The notes beneath the pieces were generated by a model that saw only the letters and a list, made by a program, of their open reading frames with translations, was not told the DNA's origin and did no database searches. Below, piece by piece: positions 45,467 through 55,355 of a stretch of 64,000 nt of DNA (positions are counted from its first letter, which is position 1; each line of letters begins with the position of its first letter). The stretch lies in assembly GCA_002505775.1 (NCBI GenBank), contig DAVY01000009.1:23356-87355 (forward strand), read 5' to 3'. The stretch is from Euryarchaeota archaeon UBA130. GTDB lineage: Archaea; Thermoplasmatota; Poseidoniia; Poseidoniales; Thalassarchaeaceae. Both the position numbers and the translations under genes were made by a program.

Positions 45467-46327
45467 TTACTTGTGCCTGTGGCAGTACTCCAAGCTCCTG
45501 AATGCTAGACTATTACACCCCTCTATGGAACAGTAAGTAAACTCTCTCCTCGACAGAGATGAGCCTGTTTTTTTCCGCTTATTGTCAATCGCCATAACGG
45601 ACCTCCCTTCAACCGCTCTTTCGATTTTTATGCCTTTGAAAGCCTCGCGTGATTGATATCCCTCAGAGTACCTCTTTTTACCAGCCTCACCAAAGCTCTC
45701 TCCCCTTAGGGTCTGGCTTTTTTTGATATTGTCAATCTCTCCCTTATCGAACCAAATCAGCCCACAATCCCTGCAACCGTCAAGCTCCATGAGATTCATC
45801 GTGTTGGGTACTGCCAGCTGAATAAGATCAATTATAGTAATGCCAGTTCCCTGGTCCGGCAGTACGTATGAGATTGGGATTCTCGCCATTTTCACCTCAC
45901 ATCCAGGGCATTTGATTTCACTTGACTCAATTGAATTATCAAGCTCTGACATCAATTTCCCAGGAAGATCTGAAATTCCACTGTAGTTCTTTATCCCAAA
46001 TAGCGTCTTATGATCCAACAATACTCCTTCACATCTAAAACAGCTGAATCTGTAGCTTGCATTCTGCTTATGTTGCCATCCCCCCCATGTCATTATGGAA
46101 ATTGATACCAAAACTGCCAATACGAACATTTCAATTAGCAAAAGAAAGGCTACAAAGGATCCGAGAATCCACAACCCCACGTTCCATCTATCTTGCTTGT
46201 AAGCCATAGGTCCACACCCCCTAGGGCACTCCATTGGATCAACTTCTGCTGTCATGCGGATATGCGCATGACAGAATAACTCCCCTTCCACAGCATCTGA
46301 GGAACATTCGACAGCCATGCATTTCAT
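45467..46327 (-). CDS. Membrane protein with multiple zinc fingers (zf-TFIIB/PF13453-like plus terminal CCCH knuckles)
   Basis: KCPGCEVKM...LDGCRDCGLIWFDKGEID matches the PF13453-type pattern. A TM hairpin spans residues 51-80. C-x4-C-x10-C-x2-H modules sit at both termini. Confidence 0.6.
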   Translation of the reverse strand: MKCMAVECSSDAVEGELFCHAHIRMTAEVDPMECPRGCGPMAYKQDRWNVGLWILGSFVAFLLLIEMFVLAVLVSISIMTWGGWQHKQNASYRFSCFRCEGVLLDHKTLFGIKNYSGISDLPGKLMSELDNSIESSEIKCPGCEVKMARIPISYVLPDQGTGITIIDLIQLAVPNTMNLMELDGCRDCGLIWFDKGEIDNIKKSQTLRGESFGEAGKKRYSEGYQSREAFKGIKIERAVEGRSVMAIDNKRKKTGSSLSRREFTYCSIEGCNSLAFRSLEYCHRHK

Positions 46328-46369
46328 GAGCTTAGAGACGTTTACCTATTCATTATGATTGGGGCTAAT

Positions 46370-47689
46370 TCAATTTCGAACATTAAGCTCCTCATCCTCA
46401 TATCTGCTCTCCAATTTTAGAGTCAATTGAAGCAGAGCCGCAATTACGAAAATCACTCCTGCGACTCTGAAGCAAGTATGGAACGTCCAAATCCCGGTCC
46501 CTTCAACTGTCATTGACCATAGGTAGGCAGCTAGTAAGGGCCCAATTATTCTGGCCAATGCCCCGTAACCCTCCTGAGCCCCCATTACGAGTCCAAGCTC
46601 ATGCCCTCCTCTGTTTGCCTCAAGAGTAAGTAGTGACGAATGTGTCGGCGAAAAGAGGCCATTTCCTATTGCCAGACCAGCGGATGAACCAAGAATCAGC
46701 CAAGAGGCCTCCGGAGGAACATAGGGAAGACTGGCTATCCCTGCCCCGCACAGTATAGTTCCGATCATCATCAGATTAGCCATTCCAAACCTGTCGGTGA
46801 GTGGGCCAATAAGACCTCCTTGAATGATAACTCCAAGAAGCCCAATGAAAGCAAAAATCCATCCATTTTCCATTTCGCTCCAACCAAGACCGCCATTATC
46901 TATCGACATCGCTGTGAATAGGATGAAAGTTCCATGCATCATACTGAATGCCATAAGAAATAGGAAATTGATTATGACTAGGGTAGAGATTATTGGAATC
47001 CCAAGAACGCCGATAATATTCGAGAAGGTCTCTCTAAACTTGCCAAGGCCCCCATCTGAAACGCCATCAGCTCTGGAATCCGGACCAAGGCTCTCTTCTA
47101 GCCAAAAGTAGGCAAGGGCTAGGGAGACCAAGCTAAGTAGACTGGAAAATATGCATGGTAGCAGGTACTCATTAGCTCTCCAAAAGGATGAATCAAAGAA
47201 TCCCCCTATACTTGTCGCCGGATCTGACAGAAGGCCTCCAATGAAAGGCCCAATCATGAACCCCAAACCAAAGGCTGCTCCTAACATTCCCATTCTTCTC
47301 GGAATCAAATCATGTGTGCTAATGTCGCCAATGTAAGCTCTAGCCACAGCGATATTTCCATTTCCAGCACCTGCGAGAAATCTCGCAAAAATCGCCATTT
47401 CAAGACTGTTCGAAAGTCCGAAAACGATGAAAAATATTGAGTTGGAAATTAATCCAAACATTATAACAGGCCTTCTTCCAATCCTATCGCTTATTGATCC
47501 GAGAATCGGTGTGAAAAGGAATTGTGCTAGTGAGTATACTGCAATAACCACTCCTACCCAGAAATCTCTGCTTCCAACATCATTTATTCCCTGTCCAGAA
47601 GCCAGGTCTTGAACAAAATAGGTTAGGAATGGAATCACGATTGTAAACCCAAGCATATCAACTAGGACGACCAGAAACAATACCGTCAT
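46370..47689 (-). CDS. Major facilitator superfamily transporter
   Basis: MFS loop motif GSISDRIGRRPV and 12 predicted TM segments. I chose ATG 47689. The ORF-track start at 47719 is a TTG that overlaps thrS. Confidence 0.85.
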   Translation of the reverse strand: MTVLFLVVLVDMLGFTIVIPFLTYFVQDLASGQGINDVGSRDFWVGVVIAVYSLAQFLFTPILGSISDRIGRRPVIMFGLISNSIFFIVFGLSNSLEMAIFARFLAGAGNGNIAVARAYIGDISTHDLIPRRMGMLGAAFGLGFMIGPFIGGLLSDPATSIGGFFDSSFWRANEYLLPCIFSSLLSLVSLALAYFWLEESLGPDSRADGVSDGGLGKFRETFSNIIGVLGIPIISTLVIINFLFLMAFSMMHGTFILFTAMSIDNGGLGWSEMENGWIFAFIGLLGVIIQGGLIGPLTDRFGMANLMMIGTILCGAGIASLPYVPPEASWLILGSSAGLAIGNGLFSPTHSSLLTLEANRGGHELGLVMGAQEGYGALARIIGPLLAAYLWSMTVEGTGIWTFHTCFRVAGVIFVIAALLQLTLKLESRYEDEELNVRN

Positions 47690-47715
47690 TGGGGAACGAC
47701 CAGTAGATGGGGAAG

Positions 47716-49671
47716 TCAACTGCCTCTCTCCGTCGGAATCATGGAGAGCTCCCTATCTCGAGTCGTTATCTCGGCAAAAATTCCAGCAACGAAGTCATCC
47801 AATGGAATTCCATTTAGCTGTTGACCAGTTCTGGACCTGATTGATACCGTTCCGTTCTCTGCCTCCTCATCGCCTAAGATTACCATGTAGGCGGGCCTCA
47901 TTTTCCTGTGAGTCCTAATCTTTTTGCCCACCGTATTATCCGAATCATCTACATTGACCCTTACACCAGATTCGTAAAGTCTGTTCGCAACCGTCGCCGC
48001 ATGTACCTTGTGTTTCTCAGAGATGGTAATTATCTGAACCTGGACTGGAGATAGCCAAGTTGGAAAGTTTCCAGCCCAATGCTCTGTTAGGAAGGCGACA
48101 AACCTCTCATGAGTGGATAGGGGAGCCCGATGAATTACGAATACTTCTCCGTTCTCATCTCCATTCTCATCTTTGTAACTCAAGCCAAAGCGATCCTTGG
48201 CGGCGAAGTCCAATTGAATTGTCGACATAGACTCCTCTCTGCCAAGAGCTGTGGTAAACTGAATATCTATCTTTGGCCCATAGAACGCAGCCTCTCCCAC
48301 CGCCTCGATGAATGGCACTCCAATATCCTCCAGGATATCCCTAAGATGACTCTGCGTCGACTCCCAGTTTTCAGGCTGGTCGATATATTTCTCAGTCTTT
48401 GCTGGATCCCAAAGAGACAGTCGAAGATGGAAGTTTTCGAAACCAAATGTTCTGTAATAGTCATTGACCATCTGCACATTGGCCCGTACTTCCTCGGCCA
48501 CCTGATCCAGAGTGCAGTATATGTGTGCGTCATTCATCGATAGCATGCGTACTCTAAGAAGTCCTGCGAGAGTCCCAGAAAGCTCGTTTCTGTATACAGT
48601 TCCATATTCCGCTATTCTAACCGGCAAATCCCTGTAACTTCGTTTTTTGTTGTTGAAGACCAAGTGATGCATTGGGCAATTCATGGCTTTTAGGTAGTAG
48701 GTGCCGTCATCCATCTCCATCGGGGGGTACATTCCATCGGCATAGTGAGGAAGGTGTCCGCTAATTTCGAACAATTCTTGCTTGGCCAAAACAGGTGTTG
48801 TAACTCTTTGATATCCGTATGACTCTTCAGTCTCGATAGCGTACCTTTCTATTTCAGACTTTAGAATCTCACCGTTCGGAAGCCAGACTGGCAGTCCCTT
48901 GCCAATCTTCTCATCGATCATATACAGCTCCATCTCCTTGCCAATCTTCTTGTGATCGCGTTTTGATGCCTCCTCAATCTGTTGCTGACGTTCTTTCAGG
49001 CCTTCCTTAGTGGCGTAACACATACCATAAATCCTGACCAGCGTTTCGCGATTACTATCCGCACGCCAGTAAGCTGTACTGGTGCTAGTTAACTTGAACC
49101 ATCTTAGATGAGAGGTGGATGGAACGTGAGGTCCACGACAGAGATCTACGAATTCCCCCTGACGATAAATCGACGAACCGATATCATGGCCAATCTTGTC
49201 ATCCATTATCTCGAGCTTGAACTTGTTATCTCCGAATATTGAGCGGAGATCGTTGTTGTCGTATTCCTCTCTAGAAATTGCCAGGTTTCTCTTTATTAGC
49301 TCCTTCATCCTCTTCTCTATTGTTTTGAGCTCTTCTTCAGAAATAGGATCCATATGGAAATCGTAGTAGAAACCGTGGTCTATCGGAGGGCCTATCGTAG
49401 GCTTTGCATTGGGGAAGATCTCCGTTACTGCCTGTGCGAGTAAATGGGCACATGAGTGCCTAAGAATGTACAGCCCCTCTGGAGATTCTCCAAGAATAGG
49501 CATGACAGTACAGTCTCTATCCAACTCATGACTCATATCCCTTTCAATGCCATCAACTAGAGCAGCCACAGCCCCAGACTTCCTACCGTGTACGTTCTCA
49601 ATGACCTCGCCCGCAGAAATCCCTATGGCGTACTCATGGACATCTCCACTGCCAACTTTAACAGATATCAT
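47716..49671 (-). CDS. thrS: Threonyl-tRNA synthetase, bacterial/eukaryotic domain architecture
   Basis: It has a TGS domain, an N2 editing domain with HSCAHLL, a class II catalytic core and an anticodon-binding domain. Total length is 651 aa. Confidence 0.92.
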   Translation of the reverse strand: MISVKVGSGDVHEYAIGISAGEVIENVHGRKSGAVAALVDGIERDMSHELDRDCTVMPILGESPEGLYILRHSCAHLLAQAVTEIFPNAKPTIGPPIDHGFYYDFHMDPISEEELKTIEKRMKELIKRNLAISREEYDNNDLRSIFGDNKFKLEIMDDKIGHDIGSSIYRQGEFVDLCRGPHVPSTSHLRWFKLTSTSTAYWRADSNRETLVRIYGMCYATKEGLKERQQQIEEASKRDHKKIGKEMELYMIDEKIGKGLPVWLPNGEILKSEIERYAIETEESYGYQRVTTPVLAKQELFEISGHLPHYADGMYPPMEMDDGTYYLKAMNCPMHHLVFNNKKRSYRDLPVRIAEYGTVYRNELSGTLAGLLRVRMLSMNDAHIYCTLDQVAEEVRANVQMVNDYYRTFGFENFHLRLSLWDPAKTEKYIDQPENWESTQSHLRDILEDIGVPFIEAVGEAAFYGPKIDIQFTTALGREESMSTIQLDFAAKDRFGLSYKDENGDENGEVFVIHRAPLSTHERFVAFLTEHWAGNFPTWLSPVQVQIITISEKHKVHAATVANRLYESGVRVNVDDSDNTVGKKIRTHRKMRPAYMVILGDEEAENGTVSIRSRTGQQLNGIPLDDFVAGIFAEITTRDRELSMIPTERGS

Positions 49672-49833
49672 CGGTACCGTCTCCTATATCCGTCCGGTTG
49701 AGCAATCCCGTTTGAATTCGACTATCTATTTCTTCCAATAACCGCCAATTATTATTGTTCCGAACTTTTCGTGTTGCCCCTTCTGAGACTTTGCATTACG
49801 AAGCGATAAGACCAGTCCCCCCCTGGCACCACC

Positions 49834-50976
49834 ATGGTGAGGGTGGGCCTACTGGTTAATCCGGACGCTGGCCTAGGTGGGAGACTGGGCTTGAAAGGTT
49901 CGGATGGACAAGCTGAGATCGCTAGATCCATGGGTGCAGAAGATCGTTCTGGACCTAGAATGAGACTCATGCTGGAACATTTCATCAACATCACAAAGGG
50001 AGAGAGCCTTGGAATCGAGTGGTTCGTAAGTGAGGGTAGAATGGGGACTCGTTGGACTCCAGAAGCCCTGTCTCCAATAGTCCCAATCCACTCGTCTTTA
50101 GGAGAAACTTACGCTAACGACACCAATCAGGCCATAAAGTGTATGATTGAATCGGACGTCGATTTAATCTTGTATGCAGGAGGTGATGGAACAACCAGAG
50201 ATATTGTTGCATCTTTATCAGATAATGGTAAACCAAATCTACCAATTATTGGCGTTCCTACTGGTGTAAAGATGCACTCAGGATGTTTCGCATCCTCGCC
50301 CAAGGCGGCAGCCGAAGTTCTCAGTGCTTGGATAAATCAAGACCTCCTGCTATCCTCAACTGAAGTACTAGATCTAGATGAGGATCTCTACAGGCAAGGG
50401 AAATGGGTTGTCAGGCTTTATGCCGAGGCTATCACCCCCGCAAGCCCTCGATGGATGCAAGGCTCAAAGATGAGGGTGGAGGCATCCGGAGAGGAGGAGG
50501 TAGTTGAGGGGCTTTCAGATCATATCAGGGATACACTACTCGATGAAGGTAGGATGATAATTTGGGGATCTGGAGGGACTTTGAGGACAATTGGTTCTAA
50601 TCTCGGATTTGAATTGAATACTTTAGGTATCGACATATCGAAGGGAAATAGACTGATCGCTTCAGACCTTAATGAGAAGGAAATCATTCAGCACTTAGAG
50701 AAACATACTGGTGAAGTAACGCTTTTGTTATCTCCAATGGGGGGCCAAGGTTTTCTGATAGGTAGAGGAAACCTACAATTATCCCCAGAAGTACTCCGGA
50801 TGGTTGGGGTAGACAATATCCTAGGAATAGTCACACCTGCAAAAATGCTCACCTTACGAAACCTCAGAGTAGAAACTGGGGACCCTCAATTAGATGAAAA
50901 ATTCTCAAAAAAGAGGTACCTAAAGGTATTGCAAGGGTACAGAACAACCAGAATTCTGCCTGTATCAGTAGACTGA
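49834..50976 (+). CDS. ATP-NAD kinase-like protein (COG3199-type)
   Basis: It has the diacylglycerol/NAD kinase motif ILYAGGDGTTRDI and the ~380 aa size typical of the archaeal ATP-NAD kinase family. Confidence 0.65.
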   Translation: MVRVGLLVNPDAGLGGRLGLKGSDGQAEIARSMGAEDRSGPRMRLMLEHFINITKGESLGIEWFVSEGRMGTRWTPEALSPIVPIHSSLGETYANDTNQAIKCMIESDVDLILYAGGDGTTRDIVASLSDNGKPNLPIIGVPTGVKMHSGCFASSPKAAAEVLSAWINQDLLLSSTEVLDLDEDLYRQGKWVVRLYAEAITPASPRWMQGSKMRVEASGEEEVVEGLSDHIRDTLLDEGRMIIWGSGGTLRTIGSNLGFELNTLGIDISKGNRLIASDLNEKEIIQHLEKHTGEVTLLLSPMGGQGFLIGRGNLQLSPEVLRMVGVDNILGIVTPAKMLTLRNLRVETGDPQLDEKFSKKRYLKVLQGYRTTRILPVSVD

Positions 50977-51036
50977 ATGGTCAATTTCTAAGATAAGCAT
51001 CACATATGTTATATCATTCCCCGCCACCGGGAAGAC

Positions 51037-52791
51037 ATGGATTTAGCACCTGAGATGTACGATTTTGGAGATGAAGAGAATTATTCCTTCGCTAGAAGGG
51101 TAACTTGCGCGAGTGAAGAATCGAGGAAGATGTTCGCTCTTGCATATGGGCATATGTTGAATTACAACCATGAAGAAGCAATCGCATGCTTCTCAAAGTG
51201 CGCTGAAATGGATCCAGACTGTGCTATGGCATGGTGGGGGATAGCTTATTGTGTCTCATCAAATTATAATTGGACTCCTGGACTTGGATCTGGACATGAC
51301 CCAATTCAGAAGGCTATGTCCCTAAGGGAACATTGCACAGAGCTTGAACAGGACCTGATCTTAGCCCTTTCAAAGAGACATTCCGAGGAGGCGAGAGATG
51401 CAGCAGACCCCTCAGTATTGAACATGGGAAATAGTCCCGAACTTAACATAGCCTTCGCTGAAGCAATGGCCCCACTCTATGAAAAATACGATGGAGACCT
51501 CGATGTAACTGCAATCTATGTTGAGGCTTTGATGAATCTGAAAGCATGGCAATTGTGGGATAAGGATACCAAGTCAGGAGAGATTACCCCAGCAGATGAT
51601 AATACACTTCTTCTGGTAGATATCATGGAACGAGCATTTGAAAATAGTGATGAAGCCAAGACACACCCAGCCCTTTGTCATCTATATTGTCACGCCCTTG
51701 AATTGTCACCATTCCCAGAGAAGGCACTACCTGCGGCTGATGTTCTTAGGGACCTAATGCCAGGCTTAGGTCATTTGGTCCATATGCCATCCCACATTGA
51801 TGCATGGGTCGGACAATGGAAAGAGGCGATAGATTGCAACATAGCAGCGGTTGAAGCTGACGATAGATACGTGGAAATTACCGGTAATGAATCCCAGTTC
51901 TACAAGTTCTACAGGATGCACAATCATCACTTCGTTGTTTGGTGTGCAATGTTCGATGGCCAGTATGAAACTGCATTGAAATATGCCAGAAAGGCAGTCA
52001 GTACCCTGCCACAAGGAGATGAGAATTCCGGTGTCCAGTTCATGCTTGCAGGTATTATACCAATGGGAGCCATATTCCTAGAATCATACGTCACGATGCC
52101 ATGGCATGTCATGATTAGATTCGGAAAGTGGGATGACATATTGGCTGAACCAATGTATTCCGACAAGGAAGTATTCCCTGCAACCATTGCCACCCAGCAC
52201 TACGCTAGAGGAGTTGCATACGCCTCCAAGGGAATGGTTAGAGAGGCTGAGGCAGAGCAAGCCCTATTCAACGAGGCTCTGAAAAATCCATCTCTCGAGG
52301 GAAGGGTTATGCATAACAATTTCATGTATCAAGATCCTTCTGAGGGGCCCTCAATACTCAACGTCAACGCTTCTATTCTTGAGGGAGAAATAGAATACAG
52401 AAGACAGTTCCTAGCTAAGGCAAAAGGAGAATCGTATGATTTCTCTGCCGCGTTCGATGAGCTACGAAGAGGAGTTGATCTGTCCCTAAATTTAGCATAC
52501 AACGAACCATGGGGCCAGATGCAACCAGTTAGGCATATCCTGGGGGCCCTACTTCTTGAGCAGGGACATATCGAGGAAGCCGAACAAGTATATCGCGAAG
52601 ATATCAAGCTATGGAAAGATAACATGTGGGGCCTTCTAGGACTAAAATTGTGCTTGGAAGCAAGAGAGGATAAATCAGGGGAGCTCGAGAAAGTATCAGC
52701 TTTGTTCAAAGAGAGAAGCTCAAGGGCTGACATTGTTCCAGCAAAGACCTGCTTTTGTGCACAGGACAGTCATCCCGATAGTTGCTGTTAA
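51037..52791 (+). CDS. TPR-like helical-repeat protein of unknown function
   Basis: It is all-helical and repeat-like (AIACFSKCAEMDPDCAMAWWGIAYC...). The C-terminus is Cys-rich (CFCAQDSHPDSCC). I cannot assign a family confidently. Confidence 0.5.
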   Translation: MDLAPEMYDFGDEENYSFARRVTCASEESRKMFALAYGHMLNYNHEEAIACFSKCAEMDPDCAMAWWGIAYCVSSNYNWTPGLGSGHDPIQKAMSLREHCTELEQDLILALSKRHSEEARDAADPSVLNMGNSPELNIAFAEAMAPLYEKYDGDLDVTAIYVEALMNLKAWQLWDKDTKSGEITPADDNTLLLVDIMERAFENSDEAKTHPALCHLYCHALELSPFPEKALPAADVLRDLMPGLGHLVHMPSHIDAWVGQWKEAIDCNIAAVEADDRYVEITGNESQFYKFYRMHNHHFVVWCAMFDGQYETALKYARKAVSTLPQGDENSGVQFMLAGIIPMGAIFLESYVTMPWHVMIRFGKWDDILAEPMYSDKEVFPATIATQHYARGVAYASKGMVREAEAEQALFNEALKNPSLEGRVMHNNFMYQDPSEGPSILNVNASILEGEIEYRRQFLAKAKGESYDFSAAFDELRRGVDLSLNLAYNEPWGQMQPVRHILGALLLEQGHIEEAEQVYREDIKLWKDNMWGLLGLKLCLEAREDKSGELEKVSALFKERSSRADIVPAKTCFCAQDSHPDSCC

Positions 52792-52824
52792 TAGGCTGAT
52801 TTCCTACTATGTTCCTGTCTAGGA

Positions 52825-53568
52825 TTAACATAATTTGGATACCGCAATTGCTGCTCCGAGAGCTCCTGCTTTAGTACCGAATCTAGCCGGCTTAATCTGT
52901 GCTTCACTGGAAATCAAGTCAGAGAACTCACTCCAATGCTCCATAATTCCGCCATAAAGAACGATCAAGTCCGGCTCAGTCAATCTTTCAAGAAACTCTA
53001 TGCCTTCTTGAAATCTATTAGCCCACTCCCCAATGGATAACCCCTCCTCACTCCTAGTACTGGCAGAGATATGGGACTCAAGAGAACCCTCCAGTCTTGG
53101 ATGAGGTTCTCTGCCATACTCCAAATTGGGAACCATAGCTCCATTATTTTGTATCGTGGTTCCAATACCAGTGCCTATTGTGACAGTCAATATTGTTCCA
53201 TTCTGATTTTTGCTAGATCCTAAACTATATTCTGTCAAAGCAACAGCATCAGCATCATTAATCATGGTGAAAATCCCATGGTGGAAATTTTCCAGCTCAC
53301 CCTTGAGATCCAATTCAATCCATTCATCTCCAAGATTGGGGGCCGTCAGAATCCTACCATCAGATACTACTCCTGGGAAGCCAAGTCCTATTGGCCCAGA
53401 CCATCCGATATCAATTAATGAATCCCTGATTCTGGGAACTATACTCGATGGCTTGGTATCTCCATCATGAGCGATAACTTGCCATTTACTACAAAGGATA
53501 CCGGTCCCCACATCAAAGACCCCTAGCCTGAAACCACTCCCTCCCAAATCAATACCCAGGCATCGCAC
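52825..53568 (-). CDS. ppgK: ROK-family glucokinase, polyphosphate glucokinase-like
   Basis: GIDLGGSGFRLGVFD, the ROK core ITIGTGIGT and a C-terminal EWA...LIVLYGG pattern. It is ~247 aa with a GTG start. Confidence 0.7.
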   Translation of the reverse strand: MRCLGIDLGGSGFRLGVFDVGTGILCSKWQVIAHDGDTKPSSIVPRIRDSLIDIGWSGPIGLGFPGVVSDGRILTAPNLGDEWIELDLKGELENFHHGIFTMINDADAVALTEYSLGSSKNQNGTILTVTIGTGIGTTIQNNGAMVPNLEYGREPHPRLEGSLESHISASTRSEEGLSIGEWANRFQEGIEFLERLTEPDLIVLYGGIMEHWSEFSDLISSEAQIKPARFGTKAGALGAAIAVSKLC

Positions 53569-53601
53569 AGCCGGAACAGGAGAGAATAATATTTCAATCT
53601 A

Positions 53602-55248
53602 CTATATTTCTTGGCCACACGCAGCTTTCAGCAATCCAAGGAAGGGGGGGCTCGGTCTCCCCGGTCTAGACTTGAACTCTGGATGATATTGTGTACCCAC
53701 ATAGTATGGATGACCGTTTAGCTCCATAATCTCACATCTTTTACCAGTCTCGTCCTTTCCAACGTATACCAGCCCCGATGCCTCAATCTTCTCAATAAGA
53801 TCCGGGTTCACCTCGTAGCGATGCCTATGTCGTTCGTTGACATGGTCCACTCCCCCGTAGAGCCTTCTAATCTTGCAATCGTCCACAAGGAAAGGAGTGG
53901 GCTTGGAACCAAGCCTCATTGTTCCCCCCATGTGTGTCTTTGAAATCTCAGGCATGAAAACTACAGCATGTACAGGAGCGTCATCATCGAACTCAGCTGA
54001 ATTAGCGCCCTCAATATTCAAAACATTTCTACAGAACTCTATCGTTGCGATTTGTAAACCTAAACATACTCCAAGATATGGAACTTCATTGACTCTGGCA
54101 TAATTTGCCGCTGCGATCTTCCCTTCAACACCACGATTCCCAAATCCTCCGGGCACCAAGATTCCGTCCGCTGACTCCAGCACTTCCCATGCTTCTTCAT
54201 GATTATCTGTCCTATCATTTGGGTCTAGATCAGTGGACTCTATCCAGTCTATCTGCAATTTTCTACCAACTGCGAATGCGCTATGTTGCAGAGCTTTAAT
54301 CACTGAGAGGTATGAGTCTGAAAGTCCAGTGTACTTACCCACCATTGCGATTCTTACTTCATCTTCCAGAGTATCCACCTTGTCGGCCATCATCCTCCAT
54401 TCATCCAATATTGGCAACTTAGCCGGAACTTGAAATCCTAGATGGACCGAAACCTTCCGTAGAACGGACTGCTCAAAGAGTGATATTGGAATCTGATAAA
54501 GATTGGAAACGTCATGTGCAGAAACAACAGCGTCTTCATCCACATGACAGAACGCGGCCAGCTTGGACTTAGTCTCGGAGTCAAGTGGCTTCTCCGACCT
54601 ACAAACTAGAATATCAGGAATTATTCCTAAGCCCCTCAATTCCTTCACAGTGTGTTGGGTAGGTTTTGTTTTCTGTTCTCCTACTGGGCCCATAACTGGC
54701 ACTAGACTGACGTGAACGAAACAGACATTTCCTTTTCCAGCTCTGAATTGAAATTGACGTAGTGCTTCGATGAATGGCGCACTCTCAATATCCCCAACTG
54801 TCCCCCCTAGCTCAATCACACATGCGTCTGGAGTTTCAGACGATCCATCCGCAGGGACATGAGCCACCTTTTCTATCCATTCCTGGATTTCATTTGTGAT
54901 GTGCGGAACAACTTGCACGGTCTTTCCAAGATAGTCCCCTCTCCTCTCCTTATCGATTACATTGGCATACACTTTCCCGGTTGTGATGTTATTGTCTTTT
55001 GTGAGTGCAATATCCAAAAATCTCTCATAATTCCCCAAATCAAGATCTACTTCACCTCCATCATCGAGAACGAAAACCTCTCCATGTTCAAATGGAGACA
55101 TAGTTCCAGCATCGCTGTTAAGATAAGGGTCAATCTTGATTGAAGTAACCCTAAGTCCAGCCGATTTTAGAAGAACTCCAATGCTACTTGCAGTTACCCC
55201 TTTACCCAATCCAGATAGGACTCCGCCCGTCACTACGACATACTTCAT
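53602..55248 (-). CDS. pyrG: CTP synthase
   Basis: [26 protein letters not shown], the glutamine amidotransferase motif GVCLGLQ and [11 protein letters not shown] chose ATG 55248 because it gives the canonical N-terminus. Confidence 0.95.
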   Translation of the reverse strand: MKYVVVTGGVLSGLGKGVTASSIGVLLKSAGLRVTSIKIDPYLNSDAGTMSPFEHGEVFVLDDGGEVDLDLGNYERFLDIALTKDNNITTGKVYANVIDKERRGDYLGKTVQVVPHITNEIQEWIEKVAHVPADGSSETPDACVIELGGTVGDIESAPFIEALRQFQFRAGKGNVCFVHVSLVPVMGPVGEQKTKPTQHTVKELRGLGIIPDILVCRSEKPLDSETKSKLAAFCHVDEDAVVSAHDVSNLYQIPISLFEQSVLRKVSVHLGFQVPAKLPILDEWRMMADKVDTLEDEVRIAMVGKYTGLSDSYLSVIKALQHSAFAVGRKLQIDWIESTDLDPNDRTDNHEEAWEVLESADGILVPGGFGNRGVEGKIAAANYARVNEVPYLGVCLGLQIATIEFCRNVLNIEGANSAEFDDDAPVHAVVFMPEISKTHMGGTMRLGSKPTPFLVDDCKIRRLYGGVDHVNERHRHRYEVNPDLIEKIEASGLVYVGKDETGKRCEIMELNGHPYYVGTQYHPEFKSRPGRPSPPFLGLLKAACGQEI

Positions 55249-55355
55249 GTAATCAACGGGGTTTGAAGCCATCATGCCTCGCATATCAACATTGGGTCGA
55301 TAAATGGTCAATATTGGACATCAATGACCAAGTAGCTCCAGCTTTGGGGAGCCCC

